Below, in pieces: positions 13,231 through 24,564 of a stretch of 64,000 bases of DNA. The position numbers were made by a program, and so were the translations under genes. Under the pieces are notes generated by a model. The model ran no database searches. It saw nothing but the letters and a program-made list of their open reading frames with translations, and was not told the DNA's origin. Each line of letters opens with the position of its first letter. Positions within the stretch are counted from its first letter, which is position 1. This DNA comes from Mustelus asterias (taxonomy: Eukaryota): assembly GCF_964213995.1 (NCBI RefSeq), contig NC_135808.1:31062001-31126000 (forward strand), given 5' to 3'.

Positions 13231-14294
13231 AGATATTTATGCATAGCAATATGTAATAAATGTACAATTCCACAATGTGGAAAGGTAAGAGAACTGCTGC
13301 ATTTCAGAACTTTTGCCAGCTATGAAGATTGATATGGTCGGCAGTGATAACCTTAAATTTAAATGAAAACAGAAAATACTGGAAAACCTCAGCAGGTCTG
13401 ACATTGTCTGTGGAGAGAGAAACAGAATTAATGTTTTGAATTTAATGAATCATCATCAGAGCTGGAGAGGTAGAAATATGATGGGTTTTCTATTGTTGAA
13501 GCGAGGGAGTGGAGCAAAATGGAAGGTCAGTGATAGGTGGGATCTCAGGAGAGACTGATAAAGGTCATAGAAACAAGACAAATGGAGTGAGATTCCTGTC
13601 CAACCCAATCCGGGGAGCACTTGCAATGCGTTTGTACATTGAGAATCAGAGCCATTCAATCCAAGGACTGGTCACCCTCCTGAAACCAGCTCCAATGAAG
13701 ACTTGAGGGAGGGGAATGGATAAGTATCTCGCACTGGAACCTGGAGATGGGATATCATCATAAAGGCAGGCAGCTCAATAGCTAAATATAACCAGAACAA
13801 CTTTCCTGTGAAAATATCCTAAGATCTAAGATCCTGGATGTGTGTTTCTGTGAGAAATGTGGAAATATGAACAAAGGATGGAAATTGGGATCAGACGAGA
13901 GGAAAGTTCCATGAATGAGTCAGGTTCCTTGATGAACCAGGTTTGTGAATAAACAAAGCAAGAAATAAATATGAAATGAGAAAGGAAAGGTTTGGTGACA
14001 TTGTAAACACTGCTTTCCTTTGCTACATCATAATCACAAATTTAACACTGTAACCCTGACACTTTCATAGAATCACAGAATCATAGTCATAGAGGTTTAC
14101 AGCATGGAAACAGGCCTTTCAGCCCAATTTGTCCGTGCTGCCCATTTTTATTTTTAACCACTAAGCTAGTCTCAATTGCACACATTTGGCCCATATCCCT
14201 CTATACCCAACTTACCCATAGAACTGTCGAAACGCTTTTTTAAAGACGCAATTGTACCCATCTCTACTACTACATCTGGCAGCTTGTTCCAGAC

Positions 14295-15640
14295 TGAAGA
14301 AGGGAAAGGGTTAATGTTTTTTGTACTCAATGTATTTTGTACCTAAAAGGTTGAACTTTGTACCTGGAATGTATCACAAACCTAACGTTTCCTTGTGGCG
14401 AGTCATCCCTTTTTTATATTGCTCCTGGTAGTAGCACAAGCCATTTGTTCATGTCTTTCATCTTTTGCTTTAGTAAAAGCCATTTGTTCATGGTTCCCTC
14501 GCTTGTTTATATCATTCTGATAAAACAGACAGTTGAATATAGATGTTAGTCTTTCTTTCCCGGAGGCTTGTCTGTGATTTAAGCAGAGGAAGCAGCGACC
14601 AAATGGTAGAGTGCGAGAATGGCCGTTTGAAGGAGGACTCCCACTGGGACAGTTGCACTCAGTCACTCAGTCACTTCAAAGGAAACGCTGCGGGAAGAGC
14701 AGGGGACCAGAGGTGACACCTTGACTGCAACGACCAGGAGAATTGTTCTTTATGACCCAAGGATACCAGATGGTCTCTAACCATGATCCAGAGACTATCA
14801 GAAGCTGTTAAAGGAACTATAATTTACGATCAAGGACTGTTAACTGGACTTTGCTTTATGGCTTGTATTGGGAACCCTGATGTATAAATATCCACGTTTC
14901 TTGTGTCCAGAGAGAACTTTGGCTTCCGCTTTCAAGGGGTCAAGTTCTCCCATAAGCTTATGAGAATAAAGCATGACTGTATTTTGACTCATACCAGCCT
15001 ATAGAGGTATATTTTCCGACTTCATTTTGGTGCCGAAACCCGGGAAAAACCCCGGATCTGTTTGTGGGACTCTGTTTGCTGGCCCAGGTTGAATGGCCAC
15101 AACCTGTGCACTGGAATAGAGTTCTGAACCTAGTAGGGTGAGTCAAACTACAGTGGGCTGAGCATATGTGGTGAGTGTGTGTGAGAGTGAAAGACATCTG
15201 AGCTGAACACATGCGGACAAGGAGGCATTAGTCTGTTATGGATTCTCAAGTGAGTGTAAAGACTGGAGAAAAGTTGCCTGATATGTGATGTTCAGACGTG
15301 AGTGAGAAAGAAACTGTTTGTGTGAGAGAGAAACTGTCTGAGTGATCACTGGAATAGTGTAAGCTTAATAGTGTAAGCGGTGGTACGGAGGGATTTGATC
15401 ACCCCTGACAGGTAACACCGGACTCTGATAAGAGCGACCTAGGAGTGGGAGAGCGAGAAGGGAGAATCGAAGGCTCCAAGTGGTGAGTATAAAACTGATC
15501 TGTATTATGGTGGGATCACAAGCACAAGGACAGTGGGGACTACCGGAATCCCTGATAAATGAGTGTATGACTGAGAGGAACAAATTCATTAAACAGATGA
15601 GAAAAGGGGGGTGGAACTTATCCTACCCTCTGGGCCAACA
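14295..15640 (+). mobile_element. Truncated LTR retroelement/ERV: 5' LTR (14295-15024), tRNA-Phe PBS, leader and start of a gag-like ORF
   Basis: TGAAG...CTTCA termini; TATA at 14883; AATAAA at 14965; PBS TGGTGCCGAAACCCGGGA at 15028-15045; ATG at 15507 opens 44 codons. CAGAC direct repeats at 14290 and 15641 within a CR1 host. Confidence 0.88.
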
Positions 15641-16049
15641 CAGACACCACACTGTGTGAAACAATTGCCCCTCTGGTCCCTTTTGTCTCTCTCCCCTCTC
15701 ACCTTAAAACTATACCCTCTGGTTTTAGACTCCCCTACCTTTGGGAAAATATATTGACTATTTAGCTGATCTATGCCCTCATAATTTTATAGACCTCTAT
15801 AAGATCACCCTCAGCCTCCAACGCTCCAGAAAAAAATGTCCCAGTCTATCCAGCTTCTCCTCATAACTCAAGTCTCAGTAGCATTCTAGTAAATCTTTTC
15901 TGCACTCTTTCGAGTTTAATAATATCCTTTCTTTAATAGGGTGACCAGAACTGTACACAGTATTCCAAGAGTGGCCTTATCAATGTCTTGTACAATTTCA
16001 ACAAGACGTCCCAACTCCTCTATTCAATGTTCTGACCAATGAAACCAAG

Positions 16050-16198
16050 ATGTGGAGTTGCCGGTGTTGGACTGGGATAGGCACAGTAAGTAGTCTCACA
16101 ACACCAGGTTAAAGTCCAACGGGTTTATTTGGTAGCACGAGCTTTCGGAGCGCTGCTCCGTCACCTGATGAAGGAGCAGCGCTCCGAAAGCTCATGCT
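16050..16198. mobile_element. Penelope-derived fold-back mini-element, family A, with hammerhead core
   Basis: 15-bp TSD accaatgaaaYcaag (16035, 16199); internal inverted repeat. Relatives at 1-38, 39644, 47673 and 56104. Confidence 0.8.
16161..16197 (+). ncRNA. Minimal type I hammerhead ribozyme motif
   Basis: TCAC-CTGATGA-AGGAGCAGCGCTCC-GAAAGCTC-ATG: intact core, stem II GGAGC/GCTCC, palindromic AGCT loop 3. Stem I has one mismatch. Confidence 0.7.
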
Positions 16199-16459
16199 AC
16201 CAATGAAATCAAGCATGCCGAATGCCTTCTTCACCACTCTGTCCACCTGTGACTCCACTTTCAAGGAGCTATGAACCTGTACCCCTCAATATCTTTGGTT
16301 CCATAACTCCCCCCAACACCCTGCCATTAACTGAGTAAGTCCTGCCCTGGTTCGATCTACCAAAATGCATTTATCTAAATTAAACTCCATCTGCCATTCG
16401 TCAGCCCACTGGCCAAATTGATCAAGATCCCACTGCAATCCTCAATCCCTGCAATACAG

Positions 16460-17065
16460 AATAGAGTCATAGAAACTCTATAGTGCAGAAGGAGGCCATT
16501 CGGCCCATCAAGTCCGCACCAACAACAATCCCACCTCGGCCTTATCCCCGTCATCCTATACATTTACCCCACTAATCCCTCTAGCCTATGCATCCCAGGT
16601 TAGTAAGGGGCAATTTAGCATGGCTAATCCACCAAACTTGCACATCCTTGGGCTGTGGGAGGAAACCAGAGCACCCGGTGAAAATCCAAGCAGACACGGG
16701 GAGAATGTGCAAACTCCACACAGACAGTGACCCAAGCCGGGAATCTAATCTATGTCCCTGGAGCTGTGAGGCAGCAGTGCTAACTACTGTGCCACTGAGC
16801 CTGCACCAGCGCTTCGACAGAGCACCATATGAAGGCCCTATCTCCGTAACCCCATATTTATACCCCTATCCTACACATCTTGGGACACACCGGGATAATT
16901 CAAGCCTGGCTAATCCACAACCTGCACATCTTTGGACCGTGGGAGGAAACCAGAGCATGCAGAGGAAAGCTGTGCAGACACAGGGAAAATGTGCAAACTC
17001 CGTAGTCAGCCAGGCTGGAATTGAACCCACACCTCTGGCACGGTGAGGCAGCGGTGCTAACCATC
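16460..17065 (-). mobile_element. Two adjacent HE1-like SINEs
   Basis: Reverse-complement copies at about 16460-16795 and 16800-17065. Confidence 0.85.
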
Positions 17066-17737
17066 CCCAACCAGTTTCCCAACCACAAACCCAATTCTAA
17101 CCATAACCCAAGTAAACAAACTGGCTTCAGCAGTGGGAATGAGATGTCTAGACCAGTTTAGACCAACGTTTAGACCAGCAAAGGCCGATGCGGCCCACAA
17201 ATAGTTTCTCTCTCACAGTTGCTGTTGATCAGCTCAAAAGCCTATCAGCAGCAAAAGAATATGCCTGTGATTGGGGAAGCAGCAGACACCAGTGCCAGTC
17301 AGTTCAGCACCTGAGAATTTGAGAGCCAGGGAACCAATAAACCTAGTCAGCAGCACGGATGGCTAATAAACCGAGGAATAAGGAGCCACGGATGGGGCTA
17401 GAGAGGCAGAGGGCTGGGAGCCAGGCCAAGGGAGTGGAGCTGCAAGGGCATTGGGGCCAAAGAGCAGTGGCTCGGGGATGTGCAAGTGCCAGGGCGTGGG
17501 TTCCTGGTATTCAGAGTGGAGCAATTAGGCAGTAGAGGCAGGGGCAGGGACCCCTGGCATCAAAGTGAGTTAGTTACTGCAGACTGTGAGAGGGACTGAG
17601 TGAGTTGCTGTCCAGAGTTTTGGTTAATTCATTTAAGGGATATGGACTTTGCTGGCTAGGCCAGCATTAATTGCCAATCATTAATTGCCCTCGAGTGGTG
17701 ATGAGCTGCCTTCTTGGACCAATGCAGTCTGTGTACT

Positions 17738-18085
17738 CATAGAATAGAAATCATAGAAACCCTACAGTGCAGAAAGAGGCCATTCGGCCCATCGAGTCTG
17801 CACCGACCACAATCCCACCCAGGCCCTACCCCCACATATCTTACCCACTAATCCCTCTAACCTACGCATCCCAGGACTCTAAGGGGCAATTTTTTAAACC
17901 TGGCCAATCAACCTAACCCGCACATCTTTGGAATGTGGGAGGAAACCGGAGCACCCGGAGGAAACCCACGCAGACACTAGGAGAATGTGCAAACTCCATA
18001 CAGACAGTGACCCAAGCCGGGAATCGAACCCAGGACCCTGGAACTGTGAAGCAGCAGTGCTAACCACTGTGCTACCGTGCCGCCC
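17738..18085 (-). mobile_element. HE1-type SINE nested in a LINE 3' fragment (17635-19455)
   Basis: Near-identical to the 2286 copy. Confidence 0.92.
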
Positions 18086-18194
18086 CTGTTGGGGATGAAG
18101 TTCTTGGACGTTGACCCAGCGACAGTGAAGGAACGGCGATATATTTCCAAAGCAGGAAGGTGATTGCATTGGAGGGGAACCTCCAGGTGATGGT

Positions 18195-18942
18195 TGTAAC
18201 CCCCTGCTGACCACTATATGAGGCTACTATTTAAATATTCAATCAACAGGATCCCGAATTCCTAGCGGTTGATGTTGATTTGGCGAATTCCCTGTTTACC
18301 CATAAATGTCAGTACTGTAAGTCGGAATATCAAAAATAAATTTAATGACACATATCATTAACAGACATAAAACAGTGAGCTCTGATCTATAACCGTTGGT
18401 GCACATATGGGGAAACTCATCCTCTGTAACACATTCGTAGATACTGATCCAGTTGGACTGTATAGTCCCCATCAGTTACTCACGACACCCACACACAGTC
18501 CAGGAGAGACACCCGTGTGGAAGATGATGCCGCAGGAGGCAGAGATGCCGCGAGCTATCCATGCAGCAACGTAGGTCGAGTGCGCTGAATGCTGTCCTCC
18601 TCGGCAGTAATGAAAAGAACAGGCAGGGGAACGCCTGGCTGCCTCTCACTCCAAACCGAATTCTGCCTGCCTGGAAAAAGCTCTCTCTCTTCAGCTCTGC
18701 ACCTTCAGCTCTGCACCTTCAGCTCTCTGCCTCTCCAGCTCTGCCTCTCTCTCTGCACTGCTTCACTTCCTGGCGCCTTTTTTTCCTCCTGCCCCCAGAG
18801 CAATCCCATTGGCCCAGCCCACATCACTCAACCAACAGCATCCTGTTCACAGCACCCACCCGGCAAACAGGACACTGAAGCCCACCAGGGACAAAGAACA
18901 CTGGTAACTGTCTTCCCCACAGATTTTCCTCAGTCCCTTACA
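18195..18942 (-). mobile_element. Solo LTR (Gypsy-like)
   Basis: TGTAA...TTACA termini with a perfect 4-bp TSD TGGT, interrupting a LINE 3' fragment. Internal ttcagctctgcacc tandem copies. Orientation inferred. Confidence 0.8.
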
Positions 18943-19455
18943 TGGTGTTCCCAGGTATCTGCTACCCTTGTCCTTCTAGGTGGTAGCAGTCGTGGGTTTG
19001 GAAGGTGCTGTCTGAGAAGCGTTGGTAAGTTCTTGCACTGCATCTTGTTGATAGTACACACTGCTACCATCGTGCATCGTGGTGGAGGGACTTAATGTTT
19101 GTGGAAGGGTAAAAATCCAGTAGGCTGCTTTGGCCAAGATGGCATTGAGCTTCTTCAGTGTTGTTTGGAGCTGCACTCATCCAGGGAATTGGAGAATTTT
19201 GCATCACACTCCTGAATTGTGCCTTGTTGATGGTGGACAGGATTTTGGGAGTCAAGAGGTGCTTTATTCACCACAGAATACCTGGCCTCTGACCTGCTCT
19301 TGTACCCATCACCATTGATTTGTCTAGTCTACTTCAGTTTCTGGTCAATGGTAATCCCCAGGATGTGGATAATGCGGAGTTCAGTGATGGTAATGTCATT
19401 GAATGTGAATGGGGCGATGGTTAGATTATCTCTTGTTAAAGATGGCCATTGCTTG

Positions 19456-19810
19456 TGTGATGATACTGTGCCTTTAACAAATGTATTTTATATCATGTTT
19501 CCGGTAAAGGTTGTGTTTACTCTTCAACTCTGATTACAGAGCCAACTGCTGAACACGCAGAAAGTTAATTGCTCCTAATTATTGGGATGTTTGCTTTAAT
19601 CAGGGCTGATGCGTTATTCTTATGAGAGTTGTTCCCTGGGTTTTCAGAGGAGGATTTGATTAGGTTGATTGACAAGAAAGTCATATGAGTGGGTGGAGCT
19701 AGTCTTACAGAGAGAGAGAGAGAGAGAACGCAGGCAGTTGCAGTTTGAATTTGAAAAACAAGCAGCAGCTCTTCTCTCTTTTTCAGGAAATTGAATTCTG
19801 GAACCTCTGA
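19456..19810 (+). mobile_element. LTR 5' fragment, same family as the copy at 31101
   Basis: Both copies begin tgtgatgatactgtgcctttaa. Contains a (GA)n tract near 19707. Confidence 0.5.
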
Positions 19811-20200
19811 GGAAGTTGGAGAAAATAGAAGAATGAGAGGCGACCTTTTTGAGACATATAGGATTCTTGGGGGGCCTTGAAAGGGTAGAAGTTGTTTCCC
19901 CTTGTGGGGTGTTTAAGCTCAGAATAAGGAGTCACCCAGTTAAGACAGAGATTACAAGGAATTTCTTTTCTCAGAGGGTAGTGAGTACATGGAACTCTTT
20001 ATCACAGAGAGCTGTGAGTTATTAAGTATGTTCAAGGCTGAGATAGATTTTAACCAATAAGAGAAAAAAGGGTTATGGGAATAAGGCAGGAAAGTGGAGT
20101 TGAGGATTGTCACATCAGATCAGTCATGATCTCTTTGAATGGGGTGCAGCAGACTCAATGAGCTGAATCGCCTACTTCTGCTCCGACGTCTTATGGTCTT
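19810..20200 (+). mobile_element. CR1 3' end
   Basis: FFSQRVV-type region and ttatggtc tail. Confidence 0.8.
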
Positions 20201-20570
20201 ATAATCTGTGAAAAGTATACAGTGATGAGAAGGGACAATCACTATGGTAGCTATTCTCTTTTTCTGATGTGAAATAAGTTTGTAATTAGGACTGCAGAAT
20301 TTTTATTCATACTGAGGTAAAATACTCATTTCAAAAGTCAATACTGGACAGGGGAGATGGGTGAGCACAAAGTTGAAGGCTCGGACTGGGAGCTTAGCAC
20401 TCATAGACTGGCCTTGCATGTGAATAGTGAAATCAGTCAGTTGCTGTGAACAACAACCCTTCAAAGTTGCTGATTATAAAATCTTGCTTTGCTGGCATTT
20501 TCCATTTCCAGCCAAGGTTAAATGTGCCCCTCTGATCCCCACTGAGGTGGCTTATTTAATCCAAGGATGT

Positions 20571-20935
20571 GGTGCAGCACGTGACACAATGATTAGCACT
20601 GCTGCCTTACAGTGCCAGGAGCCCTGCTTCAATTCCGGCCTGGGGTGACTGTGTGTGGAGTTTGCATGCTCTCTCCATGTTTGCATGGGTTTCCTCCAGG
20701 TGCTCAGGTTTCCTCCCAGACTCCAAAGATGTGCAGGTTAGATGGATTGGCCATGCTGAATTGTCCCTTAGTATCCCAGGATATGGAGGTTAGATGGATT
20801 AGCAATGGTAAATGTGTAGGGGTTACAGGGATAGGGCAGGAGAGAGAGCCTGGGTAAGATAATCTGCCAGAGAGTCAGTGTCGACTCAATGGGCCAAATG
20901 GCCCATTCTGCACTGTCGAGATTCTATGATTCTAT
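20571..20935 (+). mobile_element. Older HE1-like SINE
   Basis: Degenerate A/B boxes, V core and tail. Confidence 0.85.
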
Positions 20936-21456
20936 GTGCAATTTGAATTATTCCCTGTCCAACTGCCAGACCTGATCGAGTCGCCATTAGCCATAGAAGC
21001 TGCTTGACTGCTGATGTCAGATATTCCTGTGCTGCCTCTCACAGTTGAACTTCCCACTGATTATGACAACATGGGACCACACCTGGAAAAAGGCCCTAAT
21101 GACCAAATGGCAAAGATGATGGGTGGCTGCAGAATTCAAAATCTGCCTCACAAGCTACCTCCCCTAGAGAACGGTGATGTCAAACAAGAAGAAGTTCAGG
21201 AGAACTCCAGCGACTGCTCGGGTACACTGTAGAAGAATGTAGCATGGCCAATGTACCTAACCAGCACGTCTTTCGGACTGTGGGAGGAAACCAGAGCACC
21301 CAGAGGAAACCCATGCAGACACGGGGAGAATGTGCAGACTCCATGCAAACAGTGAACCAAGCTGGGAATCGATGCCACCTTGCCGTGTAATTGGTTGATT
21401 CTTTGCAAACAAGGATTGTCTAACTTCACTAAATATCCATATATGCGCCTGTGGGT

Positions 21457-21720
21457 GAAACTGAAATTTTCTCTATGTGTGGGGCCTGTGAGTTAAGGCA
21501 TCAACATTTTCTGACATTGTTATTCAAGTGCGAGACAAGGTTTGTGGTTCATCAGTGACTGCTGAGCCGAAAGTATGATATATAAGGGTTCCTTCCTCTT
21601 TGCAATCTCACTTCCTCTGAAACAATTCATAGTACAAATATAGGACCGTGAAAGATTTCACGCAACTTTCAAGTCCTGTGGGTGCACCACGATTGTTTCA
21701 CAACCATTTAAACTGTAAGT
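21457..21720 (+). promoter_or_regulatory. Orphan ISRE + TATA + Inr promoter with candidate non-coding first exon
   Basis: GAAACTGAAA at 21457; TATATAA at 21579; Inr TCACTTC with its A at 21610, 31 nt after TATA; overlapping PU.1 box CACTTCCTCT; donor GTAAGT at 21715. Confidence 0.45.
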
Positions 21721-22957
21721 TGTGCCTTTACTGTTCTGTGAATCTACACTCTTGAAGAACCAAATTAGCACCAAGTGAATAGAATTACTCATTACAGATA
21801 ATGTTCTGGCATGTCACCACCAAGGTTCTTCATCAGTTTTGTGTGAACCAATTGTAACACACAGCAGTCAACATATGAATGTACCACTTGGCTAACTGGC
21901 CTAGTTTCTGGCTTTTCTTCCACCGAGTTCCTATTCCAAATCCATTTATTCTTTCCACCCTGTCCCTTATCCCTCTGTCCCCTTATCCCTGATATGTGTT
22001 CAACTCATTCCTAAACACGGCAATGTTATCTGCTTCAAATATTCCGCATGGCAGAACTTCCACATTCCCCTTACTCCCCGCTTAGGGCAAATATTTAACA
22101 ATGCAGGTTTTCCCCCCAGCAATGTTTAAACTTCAGTTTGTACAGCCATTTGTACATGTTGTCCTCAAGCTGTTATTCACTTCTCGAGTTTAGACAGCAG
22201 ATTACAGCATGCAAGAAGCGTACTGCAGGGTTCGACAACAGAAGGTAAATGTGGTTTGAGAGGCAGTTCAGAGTGGCGTCACTGTGGACCGTGCTGCAGC
22301 AGTTCCCTTGTGTAGCAGATGCTGCATAGTCTGTGAAACTTCCAACCCACACGACTTCATGATGTGTCACCTTGATAATAGGCTGCTGTGACCTTTCCAT
22401 AGCACCGCACCTAGCAAATGTTTATGTGACATAATTTCTTTTAGATGGGACCTCTGCATCTTTTTTATTGTGATATGTCATTAGAGTAAAACTCTATTTT
22501 GACTGTGACTTCCATACGTTGACGGAAAGCTAGATTACTCACCACCCTCCCAAATTGTCACCAAACAGTAATTCTCTCTGCCAATGCCTAAACAGTTAGT
22601 GCAGACAGGCAATAGGTGATAAACCTGAAAATTAATAGCCCGGTTTTAGTATTTTTTATTCATTCATGAGGATGTAGGTGTCACTGTCTAGACAAGCATT
22701 TGTTGCCCATCCGTAATTGCCCTTGTACTGAGTGGCTTGCATGGCTGCTTCAGAGAGCAGATAAAGTCAACCACACGGCTGTGGATCTGGTGTTCTGTTT
22801 AAAGAATGGCAGATTTCCTTCCCCCAAAATTGGGTTTTTGCAACAAACAACTTTTAGTTCCAGATTTTTACTGGATTCAAATTTCACCAATTGCTTTGGT
22901 CCCCAGAACATTAGTCTTGGTCTCTGAATTGCTAGTGCAATGACAATACAATTGCAC

Positions 22958-23035
22958 ACCACCCCACCCCACCTCACACCACCCGCGCCCCCCCTCCCCC
23001 CCACCCCCCCCCCATCCACCCCCCACCCTCCCCAC
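22958..23035. repeat. Poly-C low-complexity tract (G-quadruplex potential on the minus strand)
   Basis: Multiple runs of 4-11 C. Confidence 0.8.
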
Positions 23036-23149
23036 TTCATTTATTGATACTAGAGTTTATAACAGAAGGTAAAATCAGGGTGAACCAGCTTGGCCTTTCA
23101 AATAGCTGGACTATATGGAACCAAACTCATTCTTTGTTTGTCTAGCGAT

Positions 23150-23520
23150 AACACTCGGCCATTGCCTAATAAGACTAATCCAGAAACTCAGCAAATGTTC
23201 TGGGGACCTGGGTTCGAATCCCACCATGACAGATGGTGTAATTTGAATTCAATTTTAAAAATCTGGAATTAAGAATCTACTGATGACCATAAAACCATTG
23301 CGGATTGTCAGAAAAACTCATCTGGTTCACTAATGTCCTTCGGGGAAAGAAATCTGCTATTCTTACCCGGTCTGGCCTACATGTGACTCCAGAAAAGAGA
23401 CAAGGTTTGTGGCTCATCAGTAATGTGGTTGACTCTCAACTGCCCTCTGAACAAGGGCAACTAGGGATGGGCAATAAATGCTGGCCAGCCAGCGATGTCC
23501 ATGTCCCATGAATGAATAAC
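23150..23520 (+). mobile_element. tRNA-derived SINE of a second family, sharing its tail with LINE fragments at 10830, 17635 and 51490
   Basis: B box gggttcgaatccc; tail gggcaactagggatgggcaataaatgctggcc...gaatgaat. Confidence 0.75.
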
Positions 23521-23559
23521 TGTTCTGCTTACTTGTCCAAAACACTTCACACACTCTAA

Positions 23560-23820
23560 TTGTCCTCTCTCTTGTCACTGTCTCTTTTGGTCTGTCTTTG
23601 TTTATCTCACTCTGTTTTGCTGTGTCTCTCTCTCTCCCTCTCTTTATCCTTTGTTTTTGTCCTTGTCTTTTCTGTTTCTTTGTGTCATAATACCTCTGCC
23701 TCTCACTTTGTCTATGCCTGTTCTGCTCTAACTAACTCTCTCTCTCTCTCTCCTTCTGTCTTTGACCCTTTCATTCTTTATCTCTCTCTGTCCCAGATTC
23801 TATTCTGTCTCTCTGTTTTT
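23560..23820. repeat. CT-rich low-complexity tract (counterpart at 30235-30385)
   Basis: Degenerate (CT)n/(TCTG)n. Confidence 0.8.
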
Positions 23821-24564
23821 CACTAGCACCCACTTTGACTGGCACTGTCTCCCTGACCCGCCACCCAGCATTCAAAAATACTGAATTCATGAGTTCTGTG
23901 CTTATGGCTAAAGGTGGGTACAGCCCTTTAAGTAATGCAGTTGTCCATGCTTGTGTGACTGTCCAATGCTCGGCCTGGTGTTTGCCTATGATTGATGTTA
24001 ATGCAAAGCCCAATGCTTCAAATTCAAATCTATTACAATTGTGATGCTGTTTCCACACACCAGAGTTTTGTACACTTTTCGGAATTTCATTTGAGCGGGA
24101 AACCACAAAGTATTCTTTAAACCATGCATGGTTTACCTGTGACGCATAGGCATTTGTGTGTCAGTGGGGGGCATTCAATACTGTGTGCTGTTTAAATGTT
24201 TTGGGCATTTCTCTGCAAAGGCTTTGTATGTGACCTGGGTTTATGTAGGCCTGCATGTGCCCAGGAGATTATTTGAAATATGTATGCTTCTTACTGAGAA
24301 TGTGGCTTTACTTTTTGGGAAGGATTTCACCACTTGCTTTGGAACCACAACATGAGGGTCAAATGAGGGACCCCTGAGACTGTTCTTGCCAACAGCAAGA
24401 TCAGAATAGCAATATTACTGGAGGCTTCCTCCTCATTGAACCACCCTGAACCTCGCCACCTAGGCCTCATGATGGAGGCCAGGCAACTCTACAACCTCAA
24501 ACAGCACCGCTGGGAGAGAGGAAATCCCCTTTCCTTGGTGTTTTAGTTATGTGGGTTAGCTCTC

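Larger units (their letters stand above)
14065..16450 (-). mobile_element. CR1 3' portion hosting the ERV fragment and a hammerhead-bearing mini-element
   Basis: Host sequence is collinear across both insertions. Confidence 0.85.

Noticed and set aside
20222-20270. C/D box snoRNA (GTGATGA...CTGA)
   Set aside because: Only about 47 nt, with a weak terminal stem and no recognisable guide.
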